A DNA stretch of 64,000 nt, taken from Nitrososphaeria archaeon (GTDB lineage Archaea > Thermoproteota > Nitrososphaeria > Geothermarchaeales > JDFR-13). The position numbers were made by a program, and so were the translations under genes. The DNA lies in NCBI GenBank assembly GCA_027078545.1, contig JALWXN010000004.1:256001-320000 (forward strand), written 5' to 3'. Below are positions 48,763 through 57,495 of the stretch, in pieces (position 1 is the stretch's first letter; the number at the start of each line of letters is the position of its first letter). The notes under the pieces were generated by a model. That model saw only the letters and a program-made list of their open reading frames with translations. It was not told the origin of the DNA and ran no database searches.

Positions 48763-51096
48763 GTGGAGAACAAGAGTGGATTGATGAGATGGCTAACAAC
48801 TACGAATCATAAGGACATAGGGCTTCTATACTTAGTAACTTCGCTATACTTCCTAATGGTAGGAGGTACATTGGCTCTAACCTTCAGGCTACAACTAGCC
48901 TTCCCCCAAGCGGAGATTCTCAGCGCATCTGCCTTTAACCAAGCAATAACTATGCACGGACTTATAATGGTGCTATGGGCAATCTCTCCCTTCGCCTTCG
49001 CCTTCGCCAACTATATAGTGCCGATCCAGATTGGAGCTAGGGACATGGCGTTCCCTAGGCTTAACGCGCTTAGCTACTGGCTCTACTTATTTAGTGGCCT
49101 CCTAGCAGCATTATCGTTCTTCCTACCGGGTGGGGCCCCTGATGTAGGGTGGACCTACTACGTGCCATTGTCAACTCCCAAGTTTACCCCTCAGCCAGGT
49201 GTCACAGTCGCAGCTTTGGCATTAGCAATGCTGGTCGCTTCTGTGACCGTTGGTACGATAAACTTCATTGTTACGATTGCAACCTTGAGGGCACCGGGAA
49301 TGGGCTGGTCTAAACTACCCATGTTTACTTGGGGGATACTTTACACAGTGTTGCTTATGTTGTTCGCATTTGGGCCAGTGGCTGCAGGTTTCTTCCTACT
49401 AGCTATAGATAGAGTGTTTGGCACAGCATTCTTCACCTCTCCGGAAGGAGGAGCCATACTATGGACGCACATGTTCTGGTTCTTTGGCCATCCCGAGGTC
49501 TACATTGTACTCGCTCCTGCTATCGGTGTTGTTGGTGATGTGATAGAGACCTTTACCAGGAAGCCTCTCTTTGGAAGGAAGTACATACTGATTGCTTTCG
49601 GAATAGCCAGCTTCATCAGCTTCATAGTATACGTTCACCACATGTTTGCTACAGGAATCAACCCCATAATTAGAGAAGTGATGAGCATAACTACGGAGTC
49701 GATATCAGTCCCATTCGGCGTAATAATGCTGTCATTCATATTCTCGTTCTACAAGGCTAGGGTGAGGATCAGGACACCTCTGCTCTTCGCGATAGGATCC
49801 ATAGTACTATTCATTGTTGGAGGCATAACGGGTGTGTTCAACTCCTCAATAGCTCTAGACAGGTTTATCCGTGGCACCTACTGGGTAGTTGCTCACTTCC
49901 ACTACGCGATGGTCGGTGCGACACTCTTTGGACTTCTAGCAGCGATGTACTACTGGTATCCAAAGATAACTGGCAAGATGTACGATGAAAAGCTAGGTAA
50001 GATACACTTCGCCATAGCGTTCATCGGCTTTAACCTACTATACTTCCCAATGTTCGTTATCTACGAGATGCCTAGGAGAGTAAACACCTACTTCGTAGAG
50101 GAATGGATACCGATGAACCAGTTAGCGACACTAGGAGGTTATGTCTTCGGACTTTCATTCCTAATAATGGTCTACAACCTTCTAAAGAGCCTCAAAACAG
50201 GGCCACCAGCTGGTAATAACCCGTGGGGTGCCTGGACTCTAGAGTGGATGACAACCTCTCCCCCACCGCCACATAACTTCGACTTCGAGCCCATGATAAG
50301 TGGTAATCAGATCACCTTCTACACCAACGGAGGTGTGCCACATAAGCACATCGAGTATCACACCATGATGCCGATGTTGCTGTCTGTCTCACTGATGTTA
50401 TCGTTCTTCGGTCTTATGATGTATACACCACTGTTCATTATCGGTGCTGCGATGCTAGCAGCGGTATTGACCAAGTGGCTCATCGATGACATCTACGACA
50501 GATTCGTCATACCAGAGCCAGAAAACACTATGAAGTGGCCATTCGACCATATGAATAGGCTGAAGTTCGGTGTATGGATACTGGTAATTAGCGAGGCTAT
50601 GCTATTCGCAGCTCTATTCGGTGCATATAGCTTGCTTAGAATCAACCTGATAGGTGAATGGCCGTATGGACCAGCGGTTCACGATGTTAGGCTGGGCGGT
50701 GTCAACACAATAATCCTACTGACAAGTAGCCTAACGGTAGTACTTGCAGTCGCATATGCTAAGATGGGTGACCAGCGTAAGATGCTGTACTCACTTGGAG
50801 CGACCTATGTCTTAGGCCTAATATTCCTCGGCCTAAAGGGCTATGAGTGGATGAAGCTTTATGACGAGGGCTTCACACTGACTAGTGATCTCCCATCATC
50901 GCTATACTATGTCATGACGGGCACTCACGCAGCGCATATGATCGCGGGCATGATAGCGCTGTCATACATCATTGTGAAGGCATTGAGAGGAGTGTACAAT
51001 GAAAAGAACTATGACGGTGTAGAGGCGTTCGGAATCTATTGGCACTTCGTTGACATTGTCTGGATATTCCTATTTGCGATCTTCTACTTGATGTGA
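48763..51096 (+). CDS. coxA: heme-copper oxidase subunit I fused to subunit III (A-family, SoxM-like)
   Basis: HKDIG, TMHG, DMAFPRLN, GHPEVY, YVHH, AHFHY, MPRR; C-terminal subunit III (SEAMLF, TGTHAAH, YWHFVDIVW). Confidence 0.96.
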   Translation: MENKSGLMRWLTTTNHKDIGLLYLVTSLYFLMVGGTLALTFRLQLAFPQAEILSASAFNQAITMHGLIMVLWAISPFAFAFANYIVPIQIGARDMAFPRLNALSYWLYLFSGLLAALSFFLPGGAPDVGWTYYVPLSTPKFTPQPGVTVAALALAMLVASVTVGTINFIVTIATLRAPGMGWSKLPMFTWGILYTVLLMLFAFGPVAAGFFLLAIDRVFGTAFFTSPEGGAILWTHMFWFFGHPEVYIVLAPAIGVVGDVIETFTRKPLFGRKYILIAFGIASFISFIVYVHHMFATGINPIIREVMSITTESISVPFGVIMLSFIFSFYKARVRIRTPLLFAIGSIVLFIVGGITGVFNSSIALDRFIRGTYWVVAHFHYAMVGATLFGLLAAMYYWYPKITGKMYDEKLGKIHFAIAFIGFNLLYFPMFVIYEMPRRVNTYFVEEWIPMNQLATLGGYVFGLSFLIMVYNLLKSLKTGPPAGNNPWGAWTLEWMTTSPPPPHNFDFEPMISGNQITFYTNGGVPHKHIEYHTMMPMLLSVSLMLSFFGLMMYTPLFIIGAAMLAAVLTKWLIDDIYDRFVIPEPENTMKWPFDHMNRLKFGVWILVISEAMLFAALFGAYSLLRINLIGEWPYGPAVHDVRLGGVNTIILLTSSLTVVLAVAYAKMGDQRKMLYSLGATYVLGLIFLGLKGYEWMKLYDEGFTLTSDLPSSLYYVMTGTHAAHMIAGMIALSYIIVKALRGVYNEKNYDGVEAFGIYWHFVDIVWIFLFAIFYLM

Positions 51097-51097
51097 G

Positions 51098-51391
51098 GTG
51101 AGAATGATGGCGAAGGAGCCAATAAACCTATATGTTGGTGTTTGGGGGCTGCTGGTAGGGCTCACGATACTTGAGATATTCATGGTACTGGTGGAGATGC
51201 CGATCATACTGCTAATAACAGGTGTGCTACTCCTAGCAGGTGTGAAGGCGGGATTCGTAGCACTATTCTACCAGCACCTAAAATGGGACGACGTAGCAAT
51301 ATCATGGTTCTACCTAATGGCCCTATTCTTTGCACTATTCATCGTAATGGTCTGGACAGGTGGATCGGCGGTCTGCCAGGTGGAAATATGA
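51098..51391 (+). CDS. coxD: heme-copper oxidase subunit IV
   Basis: Three TM helices with KA.FVALFYQHLKWD motif. Confidence 0.85.
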   Translation: MRMMAKEPINLYVGVWGLLVGLTILEIFMVLVEMPIILLITGVLLLAGVKAGFVALFYQHLKWDDVAISWFYLMALFFALFIVMVWTGGSAVCQVEI

Positions 51392-51870
51392 GGGGGGTCA
51401 TCATCACACTAGTAGCAATAGCTCTAATCATCGATCTAGCGATAATAGCGGTATTGGTATTCGATCTCCAACCACCACTCCGCGGAGGTGCAACCGTCAC
51501 AATAACCCCAGACTATGAGATAACGGTCTATGGAGGGGAGACCAACATAAATGGTCAAGTGGCGTACGCATATGGACTATCCCCCGACAACCTTACAGTA
51601 CCAGGCCCCTCATTCGAGTTTAAACGTGGCGATGTTGTAGGCTTCACTTTTGTGAATGTGGGGAACCTCCCACATACATTCTCATTAGTCCCCAGAGTTG
51701 ACCCTGCCAATCCAGAGATTATCGACGACTATGATACGGGACAGATTGAAGGAGGTGGTCAGGGGAGAGTTGTTGTACAGTTCAATCAGGTGGGTACACT
51801 GAACTATCAATGTGTGGTGCCAGGTCACGCTGCTCTGGGGATGTGGGGGAATATAACGGTAACTGAGTAG
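51388..51870 (+). CDS. membrane-anchored blue copper protein (sulfocyanin/plastocyanin-like cupredoxin)
   Basis: N-terminal TM; type-1 Cu ligands PHTF...YQCVVPGHAALGM; ATGA overlap with coxD stop. Confidence 0.9.
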   Translation: MRGVIITLVAIALIIDLAIIAVLVFDLQPPLRGGATVTITPDYEITVYGGETNINGQVAYAYGLSPDNLTVPGPSFEFKRGDVVGFTFVNVGNLPHTFSLVPRVDPANPEIIDDYDTGQIEGGGQGRVVVQFNQVGTLNYQCVVPGHAALGMWGNITVTE

Positions 51871-51943
51871 TATTAACCAGTAAATACAGTAACATATCCC
51901 AACATCTTTTTATTCCTATACTGACTCTGGTGAGGGGAGAGCC

Positions 51944-53431
51944 ATGAACAAGTTTGTTTTGGTGGTTCTACTTCTGATCACTCTGATAGTTTCGACTGTT
52001 GTGGGTATAGTCTTAGTGTTCTTTCCACAGTACTCGCCCTTGACGGGTGGTTTTACCGGAAACCAGTACATAAACCAGCCTCCAGCCGCCGACTTCACCT
52101 TAACCATGATAAATGGCACTAAGTTCAGGTTGAGTGACTATGCTGGAAAGGTTATAGTCATCTCCTTCATCTACTCTCATTGCCCTGACATATGCCCAGC
52201 TATAACCTCTGGATTTGCAGAGATAGGTGATATTTTGGAGGCTGAAGGAATTCTGGGAGATGCCATCCTTGTTCTCATACCTGTTGACTACCCGGGTGGC
52301 TATGTTGTTGCCGCCACGACTGATAGTCTTTACTACTTGAATTATAGTGGTGTCCCCGAGTGGAAGATAGAGTTGGACTATATACCCATGGGGGTAGAGA
52401 TGTCCCAGGATGCAGGGAGGATTGTGACATGGAGCGATGACACGGTATACATATATGATAGAGACGGCTCTCTACTTACAAGGTTCCTATATCCAGATGG
52501 TATTAGCGACGTGTTCGTATCGGGTGCGGGTCTATTCATCGCTGTAGCATCAGGAAACGTTGTCGACATATATATAGAGGTTTCAGAGGGGCTTGAATAT
52601 TCATACAACAAGTATTCTTCGGTCATCCTAGATAGCGATGTAGTTGGTCTGGGAGCAACAACAAATGGCACATACATATACACTGTCACTACAGACGGAC
52701 TTCTATATAGGATATACAATGGTGAGGTGGATGCCAACATAAGTGTTATTAACAAGACTGTGGTCTGGGGGGATATTGCGTATAGCGGGTCTGTGGCGCT
52801 CCTAGCGACGAATGATTCGCTCTACATGTACAACGTACTTTCCAACTCACTGATAGAGCTTCCGTTTTCACCTGATACTGTGATTGACTATGATATATCC
52901 CAAACTGGAGACTATGTTGCCTTAGTAACAGTTGACGGGGTTTACCTACTAAACGACGACGGTGAGGAGGTTTGGGTTAGACCTACAAGTGCCTCTAGTG
53001 TGTCCATATCTGGTGACAATTATTTCGTATCTATATCCGAGGGAAATAGGGTGTACAGGCTGGATATTAACGGAACTGTTCAGTGGGAAACATCTATTGA
53101 AAGCGATGTCATGTTTGTGGATGTCACTATGGAGAGGGACTCGCCTAGAAGGCTGAAGGAGTGGAGTGAGATCTACGATGCGGAACAGACAATATTCCTA
53201 TATGGATCTTACAAGACATTGTCAAGGATTTGGTCGAACTACGGAATAGCTGTTGCATATGTCGATGTGGATGATCCAGCTACATCATATCTTGTGGCTC
53301 ATACTGGGATGGTATATATCATAGATAAGGAGTTTAAGGTTAGAATCTTCTTCATAGGGGCTCCACCGCAGTGGAGCGCGTCTGACGTGGTTAATGATGT
53401 AATGATACTTGTCAAGGAGGAGGTGGAATAG
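51944..53431 (+). CDS. SCO/SenC copper chaperone interrupted by a seven-bladed beta-propeller
   Basis: TM anchor, FIYSHCPDICP, VD|ERDSP split by about 281 aa of ~40-aa repeats, distal AHT...YIID. Confidence 0.88.
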   Translation: MNKFVLVVLLLITLIVSTVVGIVLVFFPQYSPLTGGFTGNQYINQPPAADFTLTMINGTKFRLSDYAGKVIVISFIYSHCPDICPAITSGFAEIGDILEAEGILGDAILVLIPVDYPGGYVVAATTDSLYYLNYSGVPEWKIELDYIPMGVEMSQDAGRIVTWSDDTVYIYDRDGSLLTRFLYPDGISDVFVSGAGLFIAVASGNVVDIYIEVSEGLEYSYNKYSSVILDSDVVGLGATTNGTYIYTVTTDGLLYRIYNGEVDANISVINKTVVWGDIAYSGSVALLATNDSLYMYNVLSNSLIELPFSPDTVIDYDISQTGDYVALVTVDGVYLLNDDGEEVWVRPTSASSVSISGDNYFVSISEGNRVYRLDINGTVQWETSIESDVMFVDVTMERDSPRRLKEWSEIYDAEQTIFLYGSYKTLSRIWSNYGIAVAYVDVDDPATSYLVAHTGMVYIIDKEFKVRIFFIGAPPQWSASDVVNDVMILVKEEVE

Positions 53432-53454
53432 ATCCTTTCTTTCTTTATACTTTT

Positions 53455-54147
53455 CTATATCCTTACTTTCCCTGCTACATAGATCATTACAGCTATGTTG
53501 ATTATGATACCTATGACAAGTAGGCTGTTTAACAGGTTTACATATAATGCTGATACTCCTAAAAGGGTGCCTGTAGAGGATGATACTATCACTCCTGCCA
53601 CTGTCATTAGGGCTGTGAATCCACATGAAGGGCATGACACTGCTGCTGATGCCGCTGTGGAGACTCCCACTACGCTCAGTGTTGTGGCTAGTCCTGAGGT
53701 ACCAGCCTCGGCTCTACACTTACCCTTCATAGTCTTGTTATAGAACCATATTATTGTGAATACCATGGCTGATACTATCGAGACTGCTAATATAAGCGCC
53801 ATTGTAAGTGGGCTGAAGGTGACTAGCCAGTATGTCTTCCCAGTTAGGAATCCTGGATTGTTGTTCAGGAAGTAATCGTTGAACTCTAGGCCATACCATA
53901 TCAAGACGCCCCTAGGTATCTCCATGTTAGGCGTTGGGTATGTTATCTCCTTGGGAGGGTCTCCAAACCCATATATGACGCTAGTATTGCCTGTAAAGAT
54001 GATCTGCACGGCTAGGGGGGTCAGGAAATTGATTATGAAGAGTATGGATAGTGCTAATGCGAAGAAGCGTGGATGCCTAGTGAGGCTATGTACCAAAACG
54101 TTGAAGGTATGGATAAGCCTCCTCATCTCTCTAGTTATCGTAATCAT
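53455..54147 (-). CDS. hypothetical membrane protein (about 4 TM) with CPSC motif
   Basis: Hydrophobic helices, KGKCR and VSCPSCG; start uncertain. Confidence 0.7.
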   Translation of the reverse strand: MITITREMRRLIHTFNVLVHSLTRHPRFFALALSILFIINFLTPLAVQIIFTGNTSVIYGFGDPPKEITYPTPNMEIPRGVLIWYGLEFNDYFLNNNPGFLTGKTYWLVTFSPLTMALILAVSIVSAMVFTIIWFYNKTMKGKCRAEAGTSGLATTLSVVGVSTAASAAVSCPSCGFTALMTVAGVIVSSSTGTLLGVSALYVNLLNSLLVIGIIINIAVMIYVAGKVRI

Positions 54148-54171
54148 AGGTGTAGGAATATTAATGTTTAG

Positions 54172-54195
54172 CAATTCATGTATATGTATCCATGG
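54172..54195 (+). repeat. right copy of imperfect direct repeat, 2 nt before tRNA-Ser
   Basis: CAATTCAT-gtatatg-TATCCATGG. Confidence 0.5.
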
Positions 54196-54197
54196 GT

Positions 54198-54311
54198 GCC
54201 GGGATGCCCGAGTGGACCAAGGGGTCGCCGCATCGGCCTAGGCCTTGAGGGCTCTCGGGATAGCCGATGGGGCTCCGCCCCGCGTGGGTTCGAATCCCAC
54301 TCCCGGCGCCA
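54198..54311 (+). tRNA. tRNA-Ser(UGA) with two short introns: 29/30 (54228-54241, 14 nt) and 37/38 (54250-54261, 12 nt)
   Basis: GCCGGGA/TCCCGGC-G-CCA, long variable arm GGGG/CCCC, spliced arm TCGGC-CT-TGA-GA-GCCGA; BHB helices GGGT/GCCT and CTTG/CGGG. Confidence 0.92.
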
Positions 54312-54344
54312 GGTTCCTAACTCCCTCCTTTAATTCCACCTTTT

Positions 54345-55331
54345 GTGGAAAGATTATTCCTAATGAGCATGGTCTATCTGCTCGTCGTGGCTGCCTCGGC
54401 CCTATCTAGCCTGGTCCACTTCCTATACTTCCTGATGGCACGGGATAGGTTCGTGGCTAGGGATGTGTTCAAGCCTGAGGAGACCAGTGTGGTTGACTGG
54501 GGAGGTATTCCCCTATACTTTTCGGTATTATCATCGCTAATATTGTTCCATGTCTTCGGATTCTTGGATCTGGTTACTGTACTGGGGGTGTCTCTATCAC
54601 TTAGCATCGGCTTCATATCCGGCCTGGTGGATGATATACTGCCTTCCCTACCAGGGTATTTCAAGCCACTCACAACTGCTCTTGCCGCTGTACCCCTAAT
54701 CCTCCTAGGCCTATACACGCCCCAGCTCAGGATTTTCGACGGCTATGTATATAGCCTCCCCATCATATATCCACTCCTCATGCTGGGCGGCTTCGCGATC
54801 TCAGCCAATGCCGTGAACATGCTGGATGTCATCAATGGATCCGCCTTGATCGGGAGCTTCATAGTTGTCTATACTGCTTCGATGGCCGCCGCCCTGGCAG
54901 GTTCTACACCCGTGGTTCCTCTTATATTCCTCTCCTGTATGGTCCCCCTTGCATATCTAAATATGTATCCTGCTAGGATGTTCCTTGGGAATAGTGGGGC
55001 TTTGATGCTCGGCGTTATGATAGGCGTCTCGGCGGTGTTACTGGGTGTCGAGACTGTGGTGATGTTCTCGATGTATCCCTTCCTTGTCAACGGCCTGTTC
55101 TACCTGATAAGGTTTAGGGGGTTCCTAGAGAGGCGTAGGCATGGATACCGTGTCGCTGCTCTTGGTGGTGATGGGCTGATCCATGACATGTGTGAGGAGG
55201 GGGCTCCACTAGTTCTTCTCAAGTATCTAGTCGCCTCTAGGCCGAAGTCGGAGCTCAGGGTTTTGTACGAGATAATCCTGCTATTCATATTCTCCTCGTT
55301 GGTGGGCCTAGCTATATACCTCGGGATGTAG
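54345..55331 (+). CDS. polyprenyl-phosphate GlcNAc-1-phosphate transferase (MraY/GPT family, AglH-like)
   Basis: About 10 TM helices; GG, GLVDD, NAVNMLD.ING, N.YPARMFLGNSG. Confidence 0.85.
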   Translation: MERLFLMSMVYLLVVAASALSSLVHFLYFLMARDRFVARDVFKPEETSVVDWGGIPLYFSVLSSLILFHVFGFLDLVTVLGVSLSLSIGFISGLVDDILPSLPGYFKPLTTALAAVPLILLGLYTPQLRIFDGYVYSLPIIYPLLMLGGFAISANAVNMLDVINGSALIGSFIVVYTASMAAALAGSTPVVPLIFLSCMVPLAYLNMYPARMFLGNSGALMLGVMIGVSAVLLGVETVVMFSMYPFLVNGLFYLIRFRGFLERRRHGYRVAALGGDGLIHDMCEEGAPLVLLKYLVASRPKSELRVLYEIILLFIFSSLVGLAIYLGM

Positions 55332-55339
55332 GGTGGTGT

Positions 55340-55567
55340 ATGGTGTCTCGGGAAGTGTTGCATCTATCGGGTCTACTCATACTTATGGCGGCTATATTCG
55401 TGGCAAGTGTACCTATTCTCTGGAGCATCGCTAGGATGGAGCTACTCCCCCAGAGGGTCTTGGACCAGGCTGTCAAGGCCTTGATACACCTCCTATACCT
55501 CTACCTCTATGCCAGGCTCTTCAGCTTTCTCTATAGGCGTAGCTATGAGTCCCTATCGAGGTGCTAG
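55340..55567 (+). CDS. small hypothetical membrane protein
   Basis: Two hydrophobic segments, GGTGG SD-like motif, fills the gap between GPT and glmS. Confidence 0.55.
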   Translation: MVSREVLHLSGLLILMAAIFVASVPILWSIARMELLPQRVLDQAVKALIHLLYLYLYARLFSFLYRRSYESLSRC

Positions 55568-55612
55568 CCTAATTTTAGGGCCTCCTCTATGATTATTCTG
55601 TAGGTGCCTATA

Positions 55613-57433
55613 GTGTGTGGAATAATTGGGATCATCGCCTCCCAGGGAAACATCGTGGAGGAGCTGTACCGAGGCCTAAAGCTCCTCGAGTATAGGGGTT
55701 ACGACTCTGCCGGCATGGCTGTTGTGAAGGATGGGGAGCTCCTGATAATCAAGGATAAGGGGATGATAGAGGAGATACATAAGAGGTATAACTTCCTCTC
55801 ACTCGAGGGGAGTGTGGGTATCGCCCATACGAGGTGGGCTACGCATGGCGCTCCGGACAAGGTGAATGCTCATCCCCATACAGACTGTACGGAAACCATC
55901 GCCGTCGTACATAATGGTATCATTGAGAACTACCTGGAGCTCAAGGAGGAGCTGATGAAGAGGGGCCACGTATTCAAATCTAGGACCGACACTGAGGTCG
56001 TGCCCCACCTTATAGAGGAGTATATGAGGAGTGGCCTCACATTCAGGGATGCCTTTATAAAGGCTGTTAAGAGGCTCAGGGGGGCATATGCTATAGCAGC
56101 TATCTCCGCTAATTCGCCGGATAAGATCATGTGTGCCAGGGCTGAGAGCCCCCTCGTCCTTGGCGTTGGTAATGGTAGGGGGTACTGCTCAAGTGATATA
56201 CCCAGCCTGGTAGCCTTCACCGACTCGGTCCTGCCACTGGGGGAGGGTGAGTATGCGGTTATAACTCCGGACTCGGTCTCGATAAGGAGGATATCTGACG
56301 ACAGCCCTGTGAGGAGGAAGTTTAAGAAGGTGAGTATGAGTGTAGAGGAGGCTAAGAAGGAGGGGTATCCCCACTACATGTTGAAGGAGATTCATGAGCA
56401 GCCCTATACGATCAAGTATGCCCTCGAGCTCCAGAGGAACTATCTCGACCTCATGTCCAGCTTCATTGATAGGGCTTCACGCCTATTCTTCGTCGCGGCT
56501 GGGACATCCTACCATGCAGGTATGGTGGGTAGCTATGTCTTCTCTAAGCTGGCTAGGGTGGTCGGCTTCCCGGTCATAGCATCTGAATTTGTATCACACT
56601 ATGGCGAGTCCGTCTCTGTTGATGATGCCGTCCTAGCGATTAGTCAGAGCGGGGAGACTAGGGATGTGCTCTGGGCGGTTGAGTATGCCAAGGCCAGGGG
56701 TGCCACTGTCCTAGCCATCGTTAATGTGCTCGCCTCCACACTCACGAGGATAGCTAGGGTGTATCTCCACCAGCAGAGCGGGCCTGAGATAGGTGTAGCC
56801 GCTACCAAGACCTATACCGGGCAGCTCGCCAGTCTATATCTTTTGGCCCTGACCCTAGCCAGGAATAGGGGTAAGCTTGGCCAGGATGAGCTGGATCACT
56901 ATCTGCAGGAGCTGTACCGTACCCCAGGGGTTGTGAGGGAGGTTCTTGGCCAGGTGGAGGAGGATGCGAAGAGGGTTGCGAAGCTCCTGAAGGACGCTAG
57001 ATACGTGATCTTTCTAGGTAGGGGTGTGAACACAGCCACTGCCCATGAGGGTAGGCTTAAGCTCATGGAGATAAGTTATATACCCAGCCTCTCATACCCG
57101 GCGGGTGAGAATAAGCATGGCCCCATCAGCCTTATAGAGAAGGATGTGCCCGTTGTGGCCCTTGTCCAGGATGATGAGACGAAGAAGTATATGCTTAGCA
57201 ATATCCACGAGGTCCGTACGCGTGGGGCTAAGACGATAGTCATATCCTCCTCAGGGGATGAGGAGGTGTCTGAGGTGGCGGATATACTGATTGAGGTTCC
57301 TAGGGTCGAGCCCCTCTTCACGCCTATAACCTATGTCGTGCCTCTCCAGCTCATCGCCTACTACACTGCGGTGCTCCGTGGTCTAGACCCTGATAAGCCC
57401 CGTAACCTGGCTAAAAGCGTCACTGTGATCTAG
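55613..57433 (+). CDS. glmS: glutamine--fructose-6-phosphate transaminase
   Basis: (M)CGIIG, EYRGYDSAG, HTRWATHG, SQSGET, PRNLAKSVTV. Confidence 0.97.
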   Translation: MCGIIGIIASQGNIVEELYRGLKLLEYRGYDSAGMAVVKDGELLIIKDKGMIEEIHKRYNFLSLEGSVGIAHTRWATHGAPDKVNAHPHTDCTETIAVVHNGIIENYLELKEELMKRGHVFKSRTDTEVVPHLIEEYMRSGLTFRDAFIKAVKRLRGAYAIAAISANSPDKIMCARAESPLVLGVGNGRGYCSSDIPSLVAFTDSVLPLGEGEYAVITPDSVSIRRISDDSPVRRKFKKVSMSVEEAKKEGYPHYMLKEIHEQPYTIKYALELQRNYLDLMSSFIDRASRLFFVAAGTSYHAGMVGSYVFSKLARVVGFPVIASEFVSHYGESVSVDDAVLAISQSGETRDVLWAVEYAKARGATVLAIVNVLASTLTRIARVYLHQQSGPEIGVAATKTYTGQLASLYLLALTLARNRGKLGQDELDHYLQELYRTPGVVREVLGQVEEDAKRVAKLLKDARYVIFLGRGVNTATAHEGRLKLMEISYIPSLSYPAGENKHGPISLIEKDVPVVALVQDDETKKYMLSNIHEVRTRGAKTIVISSSGDEEVSEVADILIEVPRVEPLFTPITYVVPLQLIAYYTAVLRGLDPDKPRNLAKSVTVI

Positions 57434-57495
57434 GCTTCATGGGATTAAGATATATATAGTGCAGGGGGCATAATATCAACCCGAGGCTTGGGAAG

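Noticed and set aside
54233-54248. Reading the tRNA at 54198 as Leu(UAG), a suppressor or a Sec tRNA
   Set aside because: G73, the GCCGGGA acceptor and two valid BHBs give an ordinary Ser(UGA); CTAG is the end of intron 1.
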